A DNA stretch of 64,000 bases from Minisyncoccota bacterium. GTDB lineage: Bacteria; Patescibacteriota; Minisyncoccia; SW-4-49-11. Each line of letters opens with the position of its first letter. The stretch's first letter is position 1. Both the position numbers and the translations under genes were made by a program. Shown here piece after piece: positions 59,801 to 64,000 of this stretch. The notes beneath the pieces were generated by a model, which did no database searches, was not told where the DNA came from, and saw only the letters and a program-made list of their open reading frames with translations. The stretch is taken from assembly GCA_023264145.1 (NCBI GenBank), contig JALQTA010000001.1, positions 15,465 to 79,464 of the forward strand, written 5' to 3'.

Positions 59801-60907
59801 ATGAAGGTATTATTTGCAAGTGGAGGAACAGGGGGTCATATTTTGCCTATTGTTGCGGTTAAGCAAGAATTAGAAAAAATTGGACAAGAGAGGAATATTC
59901 CGATGGAATTTTTATTAGTGGGATATGTTGATGATACGGCAAAATCATTATTAGAGTCATATAATATTCCCTATAAATCAGTATATGCAGGGAAAATTCG
60001 TCGATATTTTTCTTTTGATAATTTCCTAGATATTTTTAAGGCAATAGGTGGTCTGATTGCGGCTCAATGGTATATTTGGAAGTTTATGCCTGATATTACC
60101 TTTGGAAAAGGAGGGTATGCCAGTGTTCCTGGGGTGTTAATCTCCTGGTTATATCAAATTCCGACACTTATTCATGAATCTGATTCGGTTCCAGGCCTTG
60201 CTAATAAATTTCTAAGTAGATTTGCAAGTGTGGTTGCGGTGGGATTTCCGAAGGTAGCTGCAGTATTTGGAGAGAAAAAAACAAGTATTGTCGGAAATAT
60301 GACTCATCCTGATATTATGAATGGAAGTCGTGAAGATGCAAAAGCATTATTTGAGTTAACCATGGAAAAACCTATTCTTCTTATTGTGGGAGGAAGTCAG
60401 GGAGCACATATTATTAATCAAGTAATTTGGAGTATTTTACCTCGCCTTACGGATATTGTGGAGATTATTCATATTGTAGGTAAAAATGATACTCTTGAAG
60501 CCTCAAAAGTGAAAAAATCTCTCACAGGAAGTGAAGAAAGGCTATACCACTATGTAGGATTCTTGAATGATGAGATGAAACATGCCTATGCAGCCGCTGA
60601 TTTAGTGATTTCTCGAGCAGGAGCTTCCAGCATTGCAGATATTTGTCTTACTCGTAAACCCAGTATATTAGTTCCCATTACCGTAGATGCAGGTCAACAG
60701 AGATCTAATGCTTATGAAATGGCAAAAATTGGAGCAAGTCTTGTTTTGGAGGAACCTAACTTTACGCCTCATATTGTTATTGATAAAATAGAAGAATTAT
60801 TAAGACAACCTAATATTATGCAATCAATGTCAGAAAAGACTATACAATTTGCTTCTCCAGATGCAGCTGCTCGGATCGCAGAACAATTAGTGGTATTAGC
60901 GAAATAA
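59801..60907 (+). CDS. murG: MurG glycosyltransferase
   Basis: GGTGGH, GGYAS, GGSQGA, SRAGASS. Confidence 0.96.
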   Translation: MKVLFASGGTGGHILPIVAVKQELEKIGQERNIPMEFLLVGYVDDTAKSLLESYNIPYKSVYAGKIRRYFSFDNFLDIFKAIGGLIAAQWYIWKFMPDITFGKGGYASVPGVLISWLYQIPTLIHESDSVPGLANKFLSRFASVVAVGFPKVAAVFGEKKTSIVGNMTHPDIMNGSREDAKALFELTMEKPILLIVGGSQGAHIINQVIWSILPRLTDIVEIIHIVGKNDTLEASKVKKSLTGSEERLYHYVGFLNDEMKHAYAAADLVISRAGASSIADICLTRKPSILVPITVDAGQQRSNAYEMAKIGASLVLEEPNFTPHIVIDKIEELLRQPNIMQSMSEKTIQFASPDAAARIAEQLVVLAK

Positions 60908-60908
60908 T

Positions 60909-62255
60909 ATGATATATTTTGTTGGAATTAAAGGAGTTGGAATGACTGCTCTCGCTCAAGTGTTGCAAGCTCAGGGTATGAAGGTGATGGGAAGTGATAT
61001 CGCTGAAACCTTTATGACAGATAAAGTACTGGCTCAAGCTCATATTTCCGTTAAATCTCCTTTTCATCAAGATAATATTCCTCAAGATATACAATATGCT
61101 GTTATATCAGGAGCGTATTATCAAAAAGATAAAACACCTACCAATCCGGAGGTAATTGAATTATTATCGAGAAATATTCCTATTTTTACCTATAGTGAAG
61201 CATTGGGAAAAGTCTCTGAATTGTTTGCCACTACCATTGCCGTAGCTGGATCTCATGGAAAAACAACAACAAGTGCATTATTAACCTATACTTTACAAGA
61301 GTTAAATCAAAATCCGTTTGGAGTTATTGGAAGTTTTGTTCCACAATTTAATGGAAATGCATGTATTGGAGATACACAATCTCAATATTTAGTAGTTGAG
61401 GCAGATGAATATCAAAATCATTTCTTAGATCTTAATATACAATGTCTGATTATTTTGAATGTGGATTATGATCATCCAGATTATTTCCCAACTCCTCAGT
61501 TATATTATCAAGCCTTTATTCAAGCTATACATAAACTTCCTATACACAAACCTCTCATTATTAATGGGGACGATGAAACGATTAAAACACATATTCTTCC
61601 GTTTATTGAAAAAGATCGTATGATTATTACCTTTGGTTTACACAGTCATAATGATATTACTCTTAATGATCAATATGAGGTTAGTGTCAAAGGAGTGTCA
61701 TATCCTAAGATAGATTTACTGATACCAGGGAATCATAATAGATGTAATGCCTTAGCCGTGATTGCAGTATTAGATTATCTTGGATTAGATATTCATCAAG
61801 GAATAAAGAAGATGAAACAGTTTAGAGGAACACAGAGAAGATTAGAATATAAAGGTGTTTCAAAAAATGGAGCCACTCTGATTGATGATTATGCGCATCA
61901 CCCAACTGAAATTAGTGCGGGGATACAAGCCTTAAGAGAAGCATATCCTCAGCATACTCTTCATTGTGTGTTTCAACCGCATACTTTTAGTCGAACGGAA
62001 TCATTATTACAAGAGTTTGGTAAAGCTCTATCTCAGGCTGATAATGTGTATATCCTTCCTATTTATGGGTCTGCTCGAGAAGAAATAGGGACTATTACCA
62101 GTGAAGATATACTACCTTTTATTAACAATACACATACCCGTCTATATTCTGATATAGCTTTATTATTATCTGACGTAGAGATACTCACAGATAAGGATGT
62201 AATAGTAACGATGGGAGCAGGAGATGTCTGGAAAATTATTAATAATATGCTATAA
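60909..62255 (+). CDS. murC: UDP-N-acetylmuramate--L-alanine ligase
   Basis: GIKGVGM, GSHGKTTT, EADEY, DDYAHHPTE, FQPHTFSRT. Confidence 0.95.
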   Translation: MIYFVGIKGVGMTALAQVLQAQGMKVMGSDIAETFMTDKVLAQAHISVKSPFHQDNIPQDIQYAVISGAYYQKDKTPTNPEVIELLSRNIPIFTYSEALGKVSELFATTIAVAGSHGKTTTSALLTYTLQELNQNPFGVIGSFVPQFNGNACIGDTQSQYLVVEADEYQNHFLDLNIQCLIILNVDYDHPDYFPTPQLYYQAFIQAIHKLPIHKPLIINGDDETIKTHILPFIEKDRMIITFGLHSHNDITLNDQYEVSVKGVSYPKIDLLIPGNHNRCNALAVIAVLDYLGLDIHQGIKKMKQFRGTQRRLEYKGVSKNGATLIDDYAHHPTEISAGIQALREAYPQHTLHCVFQPHTFSRTESLLQEFGKALSQADNVYILPIYGSAREEIGTITSEDILPFINNTHTRLYSDIALLLSDVEILTDKDVIVTMGAGDVWKIINNML

Positions 62256-62295
62256 TAAACCGAGTATATAGGTATATGAATAAAAACTTCTGTTT

Positions 62296-62994
62296 ATGAT
62301 AGATCACGTTGCAATTATTCCAGATGGTAATCGTCGCTGGGCTAAATTAAATGGTAAAACTTCACAAGAAGGGCATTTACAAGGATTTGAAAGAACACGT
62401 GAAATTATTGAAACGGCTCTTTTGGGGAAAGTAAAAAATCTTACGTTATGGGGAGCTTCAATAGATAATTTAGCAAAGAGACCAGAAGAAGAGGTAAAGC
62501 ATTTATACAGTGGATTTCAGAAATATATCAAAGATTTACTTACCTATAAAGAAATTCACAAACAAAAAATTAAAGTTAATATTTTAGGAAAATGGCAAGA
62601 AATTTTTCCGAAACCTCTTCAAGCCGTAATTCAAAAAGCGATTGATGCGACACAAGGATATTCTAATTATACCCTTAATTTCCTTCTTGGATATAATGGT
62701 GATGAGGAAATGCTACAAGCAATACAGTCTATTGCAGAGCAAAAATTGCATAATCCAGATTTAATAGTAACTCCAGAACTGATTAAGCAGTCATTATATA
62801 CCAAAGATTTACCTCCAGTAGATTTACTGATTAGAAGTGGGGGAGAACCGCATAATAGTGTTGGTTTTATGATGTGGGATACCGCGAATGCTCACTATTA
62901 TTTTACTGATATCAATTATCCAGACTTTACGGTTCAGGAGTTTGATTCTGCATTAGAGGAATACCATAAAAGAGAGAAAAGAAGAGGTAAATAA
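62296..62994 (+). CDS. uppS: undecaprenyl diphosphate synthase
   Basis: HVAIIPDGNRRWA, DLLIRSGGE. Confidence 0.95.
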   Translation: MIDHVAIIPDGNRRWAKLNGKTSQEGHLQGFERTREIIETALLGKVKNLTLWGASIDNLAKRPEEEVKHLYSGFQKYIKDLLTYKEIHKQKIKVNILGKWQEIFPKPLQAVIQKAIDATQGYSNYTLNFLLGYNGDEEMLQAIQSIAEQKLHNPDLIVTPELIKQSLYTKDLPPVDLLIRSGGEPHNSVGFMMWDTANAHYYFTDINYPDFTVQEFDSALEEYHKREKRRGK

Positions 62995-63006
62995 ATTGAT
63001 ATATCT

Positions 63007-64000
63007 ATGAAAATCATTATTATGGCCGGTGGAACAGGAACACGATTATGGCCACTTAGTAGAAATTCAAAGCCAAAGCAATTTCAAGTATTATTTGGAA
63101 ATGAGACGATGTTGCAGATGACGGTAAAGCGACTTTTAACTCACTTTAGTTTAGATGATATTTTTATTGCAACTAATCAACAATATAAGGAAGAAGTATT
63201 ACAGGAATTACCCGATTTGCCCGGAAATCATATTATTCTAGAACCAGAAAAACGAGATACTGCTCCTGCCATTGGTCTTGCTAGTATTTCAGTGAATGCT
63301 CAGTCTGATGAAGCGATAGCTTTTTTGGCGGCAGATCATTATATTCATAAGCCACAAGAACTATGTCATATACTACAAATTGCAGATGAGTTTTTACAGC
63401 AATCTCCAGAATATATTATTACGTTAGGAATTACCCCGACAGCTCCCGAAACAGGATATGGATATATCAAATATAGTCAAGAATCTCTGGTAGAAAATCA
63501 GGCTATATCTGTATACGAGGTTGATGCTTTTGTAGAAAAACCAGATTTCAAAACCGCAACCGAATATCTTGCCGATGGACATTATGTCTGGAATTCAGGA
63601 ATGTTTGTAGTACAAAAAAAGACATTAGCAGCAATGTATCAAGAATATTTACCTAATACCGCGAAAATTTTGTCTCAAATAGAGGAAAATACTATACCTG
63701 ATATTGAAGAATTATATCATCAAACCGATGCTATTAGCTTTGATTATGGAATTATGGAGAAAGCAGATCATATTGCTGTGATTCCTGCTAATATTGGATG
63801 GAGTGATATTGGGTCTTGGTCAGCATTAAAAGATATTCTTCAAGAAGAAACAACAGTTACTCATAAAGGAAGCTCCCAACACTTTGATATCGACTCAGAA
63901 CATATCTTAGTGCATTCACATAATAAAGATAAAATTATTGCTACAATTGGAATTCGTGATATAGTTATAGTAGAGACAGAAGATGCTTTGCTCGTTTCTC
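63007..64000 (+). CDS. manC: mannose-1-phosphate guanylyltransferase (3' truncated by window edge; not in ORF track)
   Basis: Hand translation MKIIIMAGGTGTRLWPLSRNSKPKQF; EP..RDTAPA, FVEKP, WNSG, ISFDYGIMEK, GWSDIGSW. Confidence 0.93.
   Translation, partial: MKIIIMAGGTGTRLWPLSRNSKPKQFQVLFGNETMLQMTVKRLLTHFSLDDIFIATNQQYKEEVLQELPDLPGNHIILEPEKRDTAPAIGLASISVNAQSDEAIAFLAADHYIHKPQELCHILQIADEFLQQSPEYIITLGITPTAPETGYGYIKYSQESLVENQAISVYEVDAFVEKPDFKTATEYLADGHYVWNSGMFVVQKKTLAAMYQEYLPNTAKILSQIEENTIPDIEELYHQTDAISFDYGIMEKADHIAVIPANIGWSDIGSWSALKDILQEETTVTHKGSSQHFDIDSEHILVHSHNKDKIIATIGIRDIVIVETEDALLVS

Overview
AT-rich (roughly one-third GC by eye), gene-dense chromosome segment using genetic code 11. Gene content suggests a Patescibacteria/CPR (Parcubacteria-like) bacterium: DUF4012 protein, coiled-coil wall hydrolases, a type IV pilus/competence cluster with no secretin, tRNA-Arg(GCG), and mostly SD-less gene starts. 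Most of the window is housekeeping: translation, RNA processing, peptidoglycan and surface glycan, znuABC, a two-component system and pili. The standout is a ~3.4 kb array (37.0-40.4 kb) of four self-contained transcription units inside a glycosyltransferase cluster. Each unit has an AT-rich, native-style sigma70 promoter, a GC-rich transcript (about 48-62% in sampled lines), an ORF with a signal peptide, and its own intrinsic terminator. In three units the SD is clearly folded into a hairpin. Two of the proteins are paralogues sharing a PGFGYAA motif. One looks like an outer-membrane beta-barrel, although CPR are considered to lack an outer membrane. Other oddities: an anticodon-less tRNA-like element before tandem RNase J genes (one catalytically degenerate), a His-rich small ORF with OmpR-type boxes inside the two-component locus, a TGT lacking its zinc cysteines, and several small ORFs missed by the ORF track.
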